Shown here: positions 1-8,267 of the stretch, one piece after another | Position numbering within the stretch: position 1 is the first letter of the stretch | How the letters are laid out: every line of letters starts with the position of its first letter | Origin: Candidatus Hodarchaeota archaeon | Lineage (GTDB): Archaea; Asgardarchaeota; Heimdallarchaeia; Hodarchaeales; Hodarchaeaceae | Direction: 5' to 3' | DNA: 27,901 bases | Assembly: GCA_016839815.1 (NCBI GenBank) | Contig: JAEOTM010000096.1 | Span: forward strand, 1 to 27,901 | Notes under the pieces: generated by a model | Database searches by the model: none | Seen by the model: only the letters and a program-made list of their open reading frames with translations | Told to the model about the DNA's origin: nothing | Translations under genes and position numbers: made by a program

Positions 1-1
1 A

Positions 2-1825
2 ATCCGACTAGGTTATTCAAAAATTATTGGGGGAGATTTAAATCCCGTTGCGTGGTTTACAGTTAAAAAAGAAGTCGAAAATGTAGATTTAGGATTCTTA
101 CAGAAAGAATTTGAGTCGCTGTCTAGAAGTGTGAAACTGGATATTCAACAATATTATAAGACAGAATGTCCACAATGTCATAGTATCGCTGATTCAATGT
201 ATTATTTCTGGATTAAGGAGATTAAATGTATAAAATGCAAAAATATTATTCCTTTATTCCGTAGTTTTGTGTTCGCTCATAATAGAAAAGATAAAATCAA
301 CCAATATGTCATTTGTCCTAATTGTAGAGAACTTTTTTCTACAGAAAGAGATTCTACATCGACTTGTCCTAAATGTAGACTAGAATTTGATCCTTCATCA
401 TTTTTAGTAAGAAGGGGACGCTACTATTGTCCTACTTGTGAACATACTGGACGGATTACTAAAGTAAATAAAACACAAGGAAAACCTCAAGAAAAAATGT
501 ATGCAATTGAATATTACTGTAGCGAATGCAATGTACGTGGATTTAAAAACGCACAGCAATCAGATTTAGACTTGTATATGAAGTCAGAAGTGGAATTCGA
601 TGCCTTACAAAATGTTCTACCTTTGCCAAAACAAAGGATCCCTGATGGTGCTAAAACACAAGAGTTGTTGAATCATCAGATATTTTACTTTGTCGATATG
701 TTCAATAAACGACAGCTACTTTCCTTAAGTAAAATACTATCTGGGATACTCAAGATAAAGGATCAAAACACAAGGGAATTTTTACTAATTACTTTTTCAA
801 CGGCGTTAGAATACAACAATCTATTATGTGAATACCATCGAAAAAATCACTATATCTATAACTTGTTTAGGAAACACGCTTATCCTGCAACTCTGAATCC
901 TTGTGAAAATAATCCATGGGGAGCACGATATGGTACAGGAACCTTTAAGAACTTTTTTAAGAAGATGATTAGCATTAAAGAGTATTCCAAAGCACCTTAT
1001 GAGGTGTATATCGATTCTTCAGGTAAGTCTGTACGAAAACAGATGAGAACATCTATAGAACGAGAAGTAGCATACGAGTTCTCAAGTATCGAGAGAAGGA
1101 CAGACTCTGACCAAGTTTATCTCTATTGTCATTCCTCATCCGAAATTCCCCTCTCTGAGAAAAGTATAGATCTAGTGGTTACTGATCCTCCTTATTATGA
1201 CAACGTCCAATATGCAGAGCTCGGAGACTTTTATTATGTGTGGTTGAGATTGGGATTAAAAGATTCGTATCCTTGGTTTGTACCAGAATACTCACCCAAA
1301 AAACTTGAAATAGTGAAGAATGTAAAGAGAGGAAAATCCGATGACCATTACGGGAAGGAGCTTTCTGTTGTTTTTCAAGAAATTTCTAGAGTTATGAAAG
1401 ATGATGGCTTGTTCATCTTCACATTCCACCATAAAGACTTGGATGCGTGGGTAATCTTAATTAATACATTAATTGAGAATGAATTTGTTGTAAAAACTAT
1501 CTACCCAGTTCATTCCGAGATGAAAACAAGTACTCAGATTCGTGGAACCGATAGTGTTGGTATAGATGTTATTTTTATCTGTAGAAAGTACATAGAAGTG
1601 GTTTCACCTATTAAATGGAATGAGATTCTCGTGAAAGCAAAGACGGAAATAACGGATAAATTAAACCAATTGACGGATACAATAATAGATCTGTCGGAAA
1701 GCGATCGTTTTGTACTTAAAATGGGCATTGGACTGAAATACTATACTAGGTTCTTTCATTCATTAAGTTCTGAAGGAGAAAAAATACCAGTTAAAAAAGT
1801 ACTAGAAATCTTCTCACAACTGTAA
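2..1825 (+). CDS. Zn-ribbon-containing adenine-specific DNA methyltransferase (COG1743/DUF1156-like), 5'-truncated by window edge
   Basis: The frame is open from position 2 (IRLGYSKIIGGDLNPVAWFTVKKE), the RLG...GxDLNPVA segment that follows SAM-binding motif I in this family. Six CxxC pairs (CPQC, CIKC, CPNC, CPKC, CPTC, CSEC) are followed by motif IV VVTDPPYYDNVQYAEL and family-typical FNKRQLL and FTFHH segments. Confidence 0.88.
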   Translation: MRLGYSKIIGGDLNPVAWFTVKKEVENVDLGFLQKEFESLSRSVKLDIQQYYKTECPQCHSIADSMYYFWIKEIKCIKCKNIIPLFRSFVFAHNRKDKINQYVICPNCRELFSTERDSTSTCPKCRLEFDPSSFLVRRGRYYCPTCEHTGRITKVNKTQGKPQEKMYAIEYYCSECNVRGFKNAQQSDLDLYMKSEVEFDALQNVLPLPKQRIPDGAKTQELLNHQIFYFVDMFNKRQLLSLSKILSGILKIKDQNTREFLLITFSTALEYNNLLCEYHRKNHYIYNLFRKHAYPATLNPCENNPWGARYGTGTFKNFFKKMISIKEYSKAPYEVYIDSSGKSVRKQMRTSIEREVAYEFSSIERRTDSDQVYLYCHSSSEIPLSEKSIDLVVTDPPYYDNVQYAELGDFYYVWLRLGLKDSYPWFVPEYSPKKLEIVKNVKRGKSDDHYGKELSVVFQEISRVMKDDGLFIFTFHHKDLDAWVILINTLIENEFVVKTIYPVHSEMKTSTQIRGTDSVGIDVIFICRKYIEVVSPIKWNEILVKAKTEITDKLNQLTDTIIDLSESDRFVLKMGIGLKYYTRFFHSLSSEGEKIPVKKVLEIFSQL

Positions 1826-1831
1826 TATCTC

Positions 1832-2584
1832 TCAATACTTATCGTAGATATACCGTGTTAGGTACATGTAAGGAGTATCAATTACACCTAATAGCCATTT
1901 GACAGCGATTTGACCAATTATCAGATCTATAACCAGGGATAATTCGCTGGGGTCATTTGATGGATCAATGTAGGGAAATACGAAGAAAGCTAATGGTACA
2001 AATATCAATGAGTCGAGTCCTAAACTTAGTATATCACTAAAAACATTGCGAATCCAAAGGTAACGCCACCAATCTGATTCTTTATCGGTTTTCTTCCGTA
2101 TCCAGATTCTTAGATTGTCATAGATCCAAGCATCGAATCTTTCACTTATGAAAAAGCTTATCCATGAAGCAAGTGTAAGAGAAGGAACAACTGCAAACGC
2201 AGAGAATGGATCTTCAGGTTCAAAGGCGACAGGTAGATACATGGCAAAAATTAGAAAAATAACCATCATTATTTGACTTACCAAAGCGATCCATATCATA
2301 TTATAAACTGCTTGTCTTCCAAATTTCTCATTCACCATATCAGTTATTTGTAATGTAAAAGGGAAGACTATTACTCCAACTGGGGCAGTAAAAGTACCTA
2401 AGAAAATGAAATCTAGGTCAAAGAATGCGATTTTTGATGCAAAAAACTGAGCGAGGGTAAGGAATAGAATGTAACTAGCTAACAATCCATGATACGAATT
2501 TGTTACTGCAGTATACTTTGCGACTAAATATGTGAACAATCCGAGTGTTAGAAAGACTCCTATTACAACGATTAAAGTTTCCAT
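1832..2584 (-). CDS. yhhQ: Queuosine/archaeosine precursor (preQ0/preQ1) transporter, YhhQ/VUT family
   Basis: Multi-TM 250-aa protein with family motifs FASKI, GVIVFPFTLQITDMVNEKFG, LASWISFFISERFDAWIY, LWIRNVFS...LDSLIF and GQIAVK...IDTP. Confidence 0.88.
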   Translation of the reverse strand: METLIVVIGVFLTLGLFTYLVAKYTAVTNSYHGLLASYILFLTLAQFFASKIAFFDLDFIFLGTFTAPVGVIVFPFTLQITDMVNEKFGRQAVYNMIWIALVSQIMMVIFLIFAMYLPVAFEPEDPFSAFAVVPSLTLASWISFFISERFDAWIYDNLRIWIRKKTDKESDWWRYLWIRNVFSDILSLGLDSLIFVPLAFFVFPYIDPSNDPSELSLVIDLIIGQIAVKWLLGVIDTPYMYLTRYIYDKY

Positions 2585-2611
2585 TGTTATTTATTCTCCA
2601 ATATACAGTTA

Positions 2612-2821
2612 TTATTCTAGAGCCGTGTTGTTTGGTTGATTATCCAAGCGAGATTCTGCTCCTCTTTCATGACGCTTATCAATTTCATCAAGAGAGTCTA
2701 ATAACTTCCTTAATGCAGCACGTATGGCATCACTTAAGCTTACAAATTTCTTATCCGTTCCTATATGATCCTGGAGATCATCAAGTATATGTTGAGGAAC
2801 CTCAACGGAGATTTTAGTCAT
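2612..2821 (-). CDS. Ribbon-helix-helix (CopG/MetJ-like) transcriptional regulator
   Basis: MTKISVEVP (alternating beta-ribbon), helix ILDDLQDHI, then FVSLSDAIRAALRKLL (S-x-S-D-x-I-R signature). ATG at 2821 is preferred over TTG at 2830. It ends 27 nt upstream of yhhQ on the same strand. Confidence 0.82.
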   Translation of the reverse strand: MTKISVEVPQHILDDLQDHIGTDKKFVSLSDAIRAALRKLLDSLDEIDKRHERGAESRLDNQPNNTALE

Positions 2822-2952
2822 TTGCAGCAATTTCCAAAATGAATTTTCTTAATGATATTCTCTGGGGAGGATTTAAGGAGGGTTATGAGAACATTAAAAA
2901 GGGATACCACTGATCAAATTCATTCGTTTTTCTTCGAGTGTGAATCCGACTT

Positions 2953-2960
2953 AAAAAAAA
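2953..2960 (-). terminator. Archaeal-type oligo(T) terminator after the 2961-3374 gene
   Basis: Eight consecutive T on the minus strand immediately after the TAA stop. Confidence 0.5.
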
Positions 2961-3374
2961 TTAGTAATTCTTGCTTGAATCAATGTACTTTCCCTCGACG
3001 TAATTTTTCCAATCAATATGGACTTTTTGAGGGATGAAATCTAGTTGCTCAAGTTGACTTAGTCTTACTCTTAATTCAGATAATTCTTCAACTAAAGATC
3101 GCATTGCAACATCAAAGTCTTTGATCAAATAGACATCAACTAGTTCTGGAGCTTCATGAAAGATTTCCAATCTTGCTTCGGGGATATAGATGATTCCCTT
3201 CCTGATTAATTCAAAAATTTGTTCTATTAAGCGGGAAGCATCATCAATTGATGAAATACCCAAAAGAGAAAGTAATAAATTTAAAGTTTGTCTTTCTGTA
3301 TGTCGAAAAACTGAGACAATCATCACTTGCCATGCAATGACCTCTAGTTGAGCTTCTGATTCATTACTCGACAT
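2961..3374 (-). CDS. Hypothetical protein, possibly winged-helix-like N-terminus
   Basis: 137-aa ORF from ATG 3374 with a T8 terminator. The segment LNLLLSLLG...RLIEQIFELIRKGIIYI loosely resembles a wHTH recognition helix plus wing, but no family is recognised. Confidence 0.6.
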   Translation of the reverse strand: MSSNESEAQLEVIAWQVMIVSVFRHTERQTLNLLLSLLGISSIDDASRLIEQIFELIRKGIIYIPEARLEIFHEAPELVDVYLIKDFDVAMRSLVEELSELRVRLSQLEQLDFIPQKVHIDWKNYVEGKYIDSSKNY

Positions 3375-3638
3375 ACAAATCAAAACACATTCTTATGCTA
3401 TTTGAATATGACTAGACAAAACATCCTAAATTTCCATTCTTTCTTTACCTTAATCCGACAATATGTCATACAAAGTAAAGTGGAAGTAATCAATTATTAA
3501 CCGAAGTAGGTATTTATTAACAATTCGTTTTAGGAACGCATATGATGTTTGAATTAGTATGCTAGTGAATCGTACATTATTAGTGAAGAGACTGAATATT
3601 GAGAGAGTGTTGGTTAATAAATTTCTGCATCGAAAAAA

Positions 3639-4385
3639 GTGGTAACGTTAAAGATGAGAAAGCTCTATCAGTTATTGACAGAAACCTACAATCGTATCGA
3701 ACCTCATCATAATACTTGGTTACTCTGGCTTAAGAAAAAGTCAAAAGAAGAGGTTTTCGAGGTCGCTATAGGCACCATTCTGGTTCAGAATACAAATTGG
3801 AATAATGTAGATTTAGCAATATCAAATCTTTTCAGAAATAATCTTAAATCTTTTAAGCAACTTATTGCTATGGAGACGGAACAGCTGGAGGATTTGATTA
3901 GACCAGCTGGATTTTATAAACAAAAAGCTAAGTCTTTATTATCTCTTGCACAACTGTTTACAGAGATCCCCTCGCAAGGATCTTTCATTCCTACGAGAGG
4001 GGAGCTGTTACAGATTAAGGGTGTTGGTAAGGAAACAGCCGACAGCATACTCGTTTATTGTTTTTACGAACCAATCCCTATTGTTGGTACCTATACCAGA
4101 AGATTTTTTGCTCGAATATATAGTGAAATTGGATATTTGAAGAAAAGATATGAGTCCATTCAAGAGACTATTCTAAATTCACTTCCCTCTGACTACTATA
4201 CGCTAGGTAAGTTTCATGCCTTAATCGTAAGTCACAGTCAGCAGGTGTGCAATAAGACAAATCCTCTGTGTGAGAAATGTATTCTAAAAAGCATATGTAG
4301 CTATGGTAACTCCCATGAATTAGATACTGAGCTCATGGGGATTCAAGAGGCAATTATTAACCCTAGAAGTCGTAAAAAAAAGTAA
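3639..4385 (+). CDS. Endonuclease III-related HhH-GPD protein (COG2231-like) with [4Fe-4S] motif; catalytic Asp replaced by Gly
   Basis: FEVAIGTILVQNTNWNNV, LIRPAGFYKQKA, HhH ELLQIKGVGKETADSIL, and Fe-S motif C-x6-C-x2-C-x5-C (CNKTNPLCEKCILKSIC). It reads IVGTYTRR where the family has VVDAYTRR. Alternative start is ATG 3654. Confidence 0.88.
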   Translation: MVTLKMRKLYQLLTETYNRIEPHHNTWLLWLKKKSKEEVFEVAIGTILVQNTNWNNVDLAISNLFRNNLKSFKQLIAMETEQLEDLIRPAGFYKQKAKSLLSLAQLFTEIPSQGSFIPTRGELLQIKGVGKETADSILVYCFYEPIPIVGTYTRRFFARIYSEIGYLKKRYESIQETILNSLPSDYYTLGKFHALIVSHSQQVCNKTNPLCEKCILKSICSYGNSHELDTELMGIQEAIINPRSRKKK

Positions 4386-4390
4386 TTAGG

Positions 4391-4933
4391 TTAAACATTG
4401 ACTAATTTCCATTCTTCCTTAGTAATATCCATTAAGAAGCTATCTAGATACTTTCCATCAATAAATAGGGCTTCACGTCGGATTCCAGACTTTTTAAATC
4501 CATTTTTTTCATAACACCGTTGTGCTCTTGGATTATTTGAGAATACTTCCAGTTCTACAGAATGCATATTTAATGTGGTAAAGGCATACTCGAGTATTAA
4601 TTCTATAGCCTCTGTACCATGTCCTTTAGCCCAATACATTTGATTAAAAATTACTATACCGAGAATACCACGACGACTTATTGAATCTTTTATTCCAACC
4701 TCCACATTTCCAATATAAAGGTCGGATTCAAGGAGAACAATCCCAAATAAATAAGATTTTCCTTTTTTTCTTTTGTTCCAAGTATTACGAACCCATTCTT
4801 CCTCTTCCTGAGTAGAATGTGGTGCTACTGCGTTTAAAAACCGTTTCAACTCTCGATTGTTCCAATATTTCATGATTTCGGGAACATCGGAGAGTTCAAC
4901 TCCTCTTAAGTAAATATTCTTCCCGTAAAGCAT
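4391..4933 (-). CDS. GNAT N-acetyltransferase, RimJ/RimL family
   Basis: IYLRGVELSD at the N-terminus, motif A YWAKGHGTEA, and VFSNNPRAQRCYEKNGFKKSGIRRE. Confidence 0.9.
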   Translation of the reverse strand: MLYGKNIYLRGVELSDVPEIMKYWNNRELKRFLNAVAPHSTQEEEEWVRNTWNKRKKGKSYLFGIVLLESDLYIGNVEVGIKDSISRRGILGIVIFNQMYWAKGHGTEAIELILEYAFTTLNMHSVELEVFSNNPRAQRCYEKNGFKKSGIRREALFIDGKYLDSFLMDITKEEWKLVNV

Positions 4934-5012
4934 AAGAACGAAGTTCTCAAACTCTTTTAAAGAACATTATTCTGGGGAAACTTGAGGTTGAAATTGTACC
5001 TCGGGGTTTCCA

Positions 5013-5468
5013 ATGAATTTAACTGACTATATTACGGATAATGGATTGCAAGCATCGATTATAAACACAGATACGCCCACACGAACTGTAGAAGAGATAT
5101 GTACGGTGTTAAAGTGTGAACGTGAAGAAACTGTGAAATCAATTCTTGTGATTGACTCTACAGGAAACTTGTATCTGGTTATCCTACAAGGAAACCGTAG
5201 AATCAAGACATCAAAATTAAAAAAACTATTACTTGTAAGAGATATAACCTTAGCTTCTCCGAAAAAAGTGAAAAAATATACAGGGTATTATGTGGGGGAT
5301 GTTCCACCCATTAGTCTTCAAATACCAACAATTCTAGATGAACTCGTTTTAAACCAACAAAATGTATACGGTGGAGGTGGCAAATTGGGTAAAAATCTCT
5401 ATATATCTGTGGAGGAATTGATAGAAAGTACACATCCATTAATTGCAGATATTTCAGTTCCTCTATGA
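5013..5468 (+). CDS. YbaK/EbsC/ProX-family aminoacyl-tRNA deacylase (trans-editing)
   Basis: TRTVEE, conserved Lys in VKSIL, LASP...TGYYVGDVPP and VYGGGG; 151 aa. Confidence 0.85.
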   Translation: MNLTDYITDNGLQASIINTDTPTRTVEEICTVLKCEREETVKSILVIDSTGNLYLVILQGNRRIKTSKLKKLLLVRDITLASPKKVKKYTGYYVGDVPPISLQIPTILDELVLNQQNVYGGGGKLGKNLYISVEELIESTHPLIADISVPL

Positions 5469-6494
5469 TTCTTTATATTCTCTGGCTCGTCGAATTCCCA
5501 TATGTGTTAGATTGTTTATCACTTGATGAAATTCTAGAGATTTAAGTCTTTGTCGTTCCTCTAAAACTGTTAATTCCACAAAATATGATTTCATTGCTGG
5601 AATAAGATCCTCTTTAATATTTTTAGGTACTTTTTTCCATTGACGTACAAATTTTTGGAGTTTGAGGAGTCGTTGAGGGTTATTGATTACAAAAATGTTA
5701 TTTGGTGTTGTAATAAACTCCATACCTGAAGATGCATCATATCCAAACACAAGCCTGGCAGGATAGGCAGAAAATAGTAAATTACAGTAAGCTGCCGTCA
5801 CTGATGAAAAAGCACTAATTAATGCACCATCAATCGGAGGTTGATGTTCGAGGTACACTTGTGCACCTGTACTGGAATGAACTACACCCCAAGGACGAGA
5901 TTCGGGAAAGTTTGAGTATTGGGAATGAGATTCAAATAAAGTTTTGAGTAATGCATGAAAGAACAGGAGTTCCTCAACTGAAAGTGCAGAAAATGAGCAT
6001 TCTCCATTACCTACAGTAACTTTTTTGTTGAAGGTCACAGCAGTAACAGCTTCTTGAAAGATTTCATCAACAAGAGAAGGTTCTAACGTACTCCCTTCTG
6101 AAAAGAATTTTGAGTATGTAACAGCTGCAGAACCTGCGAGGATACTCCGAATATTATCAAAATCTTGGGATTGATCAGCGTCAACAGTAATCTTTCTTAA
6201 AAGGCGTGTAGTAACAAGAGGGTCTGAAATTACTATATTATATTTCCGATGTAAATCAATGATCATGATTTCTCGGGCATGACTAGGGTGGGGAGTGGCA
6301 TAGCGTAATCGGATTGTTCCTATTGATTGATCCTTACCCCATATTTCGTGACCGAGCTTGGATAAAGCAGTGATAAAATCAAGTGTCATTTGTTGTTTTT
6401 CTTGATTGATATCACCAAAAGACCACATTACACGATCACCTGTGGTCATCAATGCCCAATTATTTAGATACAATCGTCGTTGGTTTAATTTCAC
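5463..6494 (-). CDS. Hypothetical protein with two predicted longin-like domains (candidate eukaryotic signature protein)
   Basis: Two segments (aa ~10-105 and ~202-300) show a beta-beta-alpha-beta-beta-beta-alpha pattern. The second reads WGVVHSSTGAQVY...DGALISAFSSV, resembling Asgard longin proteins. The fold call is pattern-based inference; the ORF itself is solid. Confidence 0.55.
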   Translation of the reverse strand: MKLNQRRLYLNNWALMTTGDRVMWSFGDINQEKQQMTLDFITALSKLGHEIWGKDQSIGTIRLRYATPHPSHAREIMIIDLHRKYNIVISDPLVTTRLLRKITVDADQSQDFDNIRSILAGSAAVTYSKFFSEGSTLEPSLVDEIFQEAVTAVTFNKKVTVGNGECSFSALSVEELLFFHALLKTLFESHSQYSNFPESRPWGVVHSSTGAQVYLEHQPPIDGALISAFSSVTAAYCNLLFSAYPARLVFGYDASSGMEFITTPNNIFVINNPQRLLKLQKFVRQWKKVPKNIKEDLIPAMKSYFVELTVLEERQRLKSLEFHQVINNLTHMGIRRAREYKES

Positions 6495-6650
6495 TTCAGA
6501 TCATATTCCGATTTTCGCTCAACTGAGCATTTCTAGTGAGATTTGTCTAGGTTTAGGAACACGACTAAAAAAGTTTTGTGAAATACCATACGAGAGTGGT
6601 AATCGATTTTCTTTTTAATCAGAGGGATTTTTTCTCAAGATGTTACGAAA

Positions 6651-8012
6651 GTGGATAAAATGGTAACTACAGATGTCTTAGTGGTTGGTGGTGGCCCTGC
6701 TGGAGTTCTTTCTGCAATAACTGTTGCAAAAAAGGGACATAGTGTGATTTTAATAGATGCTAAACCATATGAGGAAATTGGGAATAAAACCTGCGGAGAT
6801 GCAATTAATCTTGGTCCTTTAAAGATGCTAGATAAAGAACTGGGTATCAAATTTCCACATGGAGAAGAAGTAGCAGATATCGTTGATGCATTGGTTTTTC
6901 AGACAGAAAAGGTAACATTTCCGTTATTTGGAGATGGTTTTGTTCTTAATCGACATCCATATGGACAGCGATTGTTGAAAATAGCAGTAGACAATGGTGT
7001 AGAAGTACGTGCTAATTCCAAGGCAATTAGTGCGATTGTAGATGAAACTGGTATTAAAGGAGCAGTAGTCAAAGAAAAGGGGGCTAAAGAACCCATTGAG
7101 ATATATGCACAAATTACAATCGATTGTAGTGGACGCAATTATCAGATTCGAAAAACGATACCTTCTGAGTTTTTCCCTGATCTAGAGAAAAAAATGGAAA
7201 AGAGAGATGTAGCGGCCTCTTATCGGGAGATCATTCGTCTTAAGGAAGACCATCCATATAAAAAGAAAATCCTTCTGATTTATGATAGTATAATACCCGA
7301 ACCAGGGTATTTCTGGATCTTCAGTAAAGGAACTAAAAGATTAAATATCGGAATCGGATGGTATCTCGATATGACCGTTGAAAAAGGGATGAAAGAGCTA
7401 TTTAGAGAAGTTCTCCATAAATACTATCCACCAGATACCTATGAGATAGAAGACAAAGGAGGGTACACCATTCCAACTCGTTATCCTTTAATGAACGCGG
7501 TTGCTGATGGATTTATAGCAGCTGGGGATAGTGCATTCCATGTTAATCCATTTTCAGCTGAAGGTCATGGTCCAGCTCTTTCAGCAGGATATTATGCAGG
7601 AAAAGTTGCATCAGAGGCTTTAAAAGCAGGAGATATACGCACACACCAATTGTGGGGATATAATGTTGCGGTTATGAAAGATTTTGGTCTTTCACACACA
7701 AAATTGCAATTGTTTACAGAAGCATTACGTAAAGTGAAGACTCCAGGACTAGAATATCTCTTTAAACGCAAAATTCTGACACAGGATCAGTTTATGACGT
7801 TGCATGGTGGGAAAGGTTTAGGAAAGAAAGAGATCATTAAAATTATATTCAAGGGATTCCCGAGATATGATCTTCTGTTAAACTTATACAAAATTGTAAA
7901 AGGGGTACAAAAGTTTAATAGACTATTTGAGAGATATCCTGACACTCCTCAAGGGTTCTCCGAATGGCAAACCGAGTTCATGGCAGTTATGAGCGGTATA
8001 AGAGATTGGTAA
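6651..8012 (+). CDS. Geranylgeranyl reductase-family FAD-dependent oxidoreductase (digeranylgeranylglycerophospholipid reductase-like)
   Basis: Rossmann motif DVLVVGGGPAG, KTCGDA, PGYFWIF (PxxYxWxFP-like) and AAGDSAFHVNPFSAEG. ATG 6660 is an alternative start. Confidence 0.85.
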   Translation: MDKMVTTDVLVVGGGPAGVLSAITVAKKGHSVILIDAKPYEEIGNKTCGDAINLGPLKMLDKELGIKFPHGEEVADIVDALVFQTEKVTFPLFGDGFVLNRHPYGQRLLKIAVDNGVEVRANSKAISAIVDETGIKGAVVKEKGAKEPIEIYAQITIDCSGRNYQIRKTIPSEFFPDLEKKMEKRDVAASYREIIRLKEDHPYKKKILLIYDSIIPEPGYFWIFSKGTKRLNIGIGWYLDMTVEKGMKELFREVLHKYYPPDTYEIEDKGGYTIPTRYPLMNAVADGFIAAGDSAFHVNPFSAEGHGPALSAGYYAGKVASEALKAGDIRTHQLWGYNVAVMKDFGLSHTKLQLFTEALRKVKTPGLEYLFKRKILTQDQFMTLHGGKGLGKKEIIKIIFKGFPRYDLLLNLYKIVKGVQKFNRLFERYPDTPQGFSEWQTEFMAVMSGIRDW

Positions 8013-8040
8013 TTCTTTCCAATAGTTATGTGCGTATATG

Positions 8041-8078
8041 AAAAATAGGGGAAAAGTGTAGCTTAGATTTGACTAAGC
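8041..8078 (-). terminator. Hairpin plus T-rich tract terminating the small minus-strand ORF
   Basis: Inverted repeat GCTTAG-N6-CTAAGC (8061-8078) overlaps the TAG stop and is followed on the minus strand by CTTTTCCCCTATTTTT. Confidence 0.45.
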
Positions 8079-8207
8079 ACCACGCATATTAATCGGAACA
8101 TAAGGTTCAGGTTTAATATGTCTTTTATTATCTACCGATGTGAATACGGAGTAAAAAGCTGCGCCAAGAGTGGCGGTACCATTATATTTTGAATTTATTC
8201 TTATCAT
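8073..8207 (-). CDS. Small hypothetical protein (44 aa; 74 aa if GTG 8297 is used)
   Basis: MIRINSKYNGTATLGAAFYSVFTSVDNKRHIKPEPYVPINMRGA. GAAGGT lies 7 nt before the ATG, a terminator-like element follows the stop, and the ORF fills an otherwise ~500-nt gap. Confidence 0.45.
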   Translation of the reverse strand: MIRINSKYNGTATLGAAFYSVFTSVDNKRHIKPEPYVPINMRGA

Positions 8208-8267
8208 GTTTAATACCTTCGATATTTTAGTTATATCTAAAGCGTTGTTATTGAAAACACAGTCTGT

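Noticed and set aside
2-2584. Methyltransferase plus yhhQ as a 7-deazaguanine DNA-modification (Dpd) system
   Set aside because: The genes are convergent and the window contains no dpdA/tgt-like or que biosynthesis genes.
2612-2821. RHH as a toxin-antitoxin antitoxin or as cell-division regulator CdrS
   Set aside because: There is no adjacent toxin gene and no ftsZ; the neighbour is a transporter.
2822-2952. preQ1 riboswitch upstream of the RHH-yhhQ pair
   Set aside because: No preQ1-I stem with its A-rich 3' tail is discernible.
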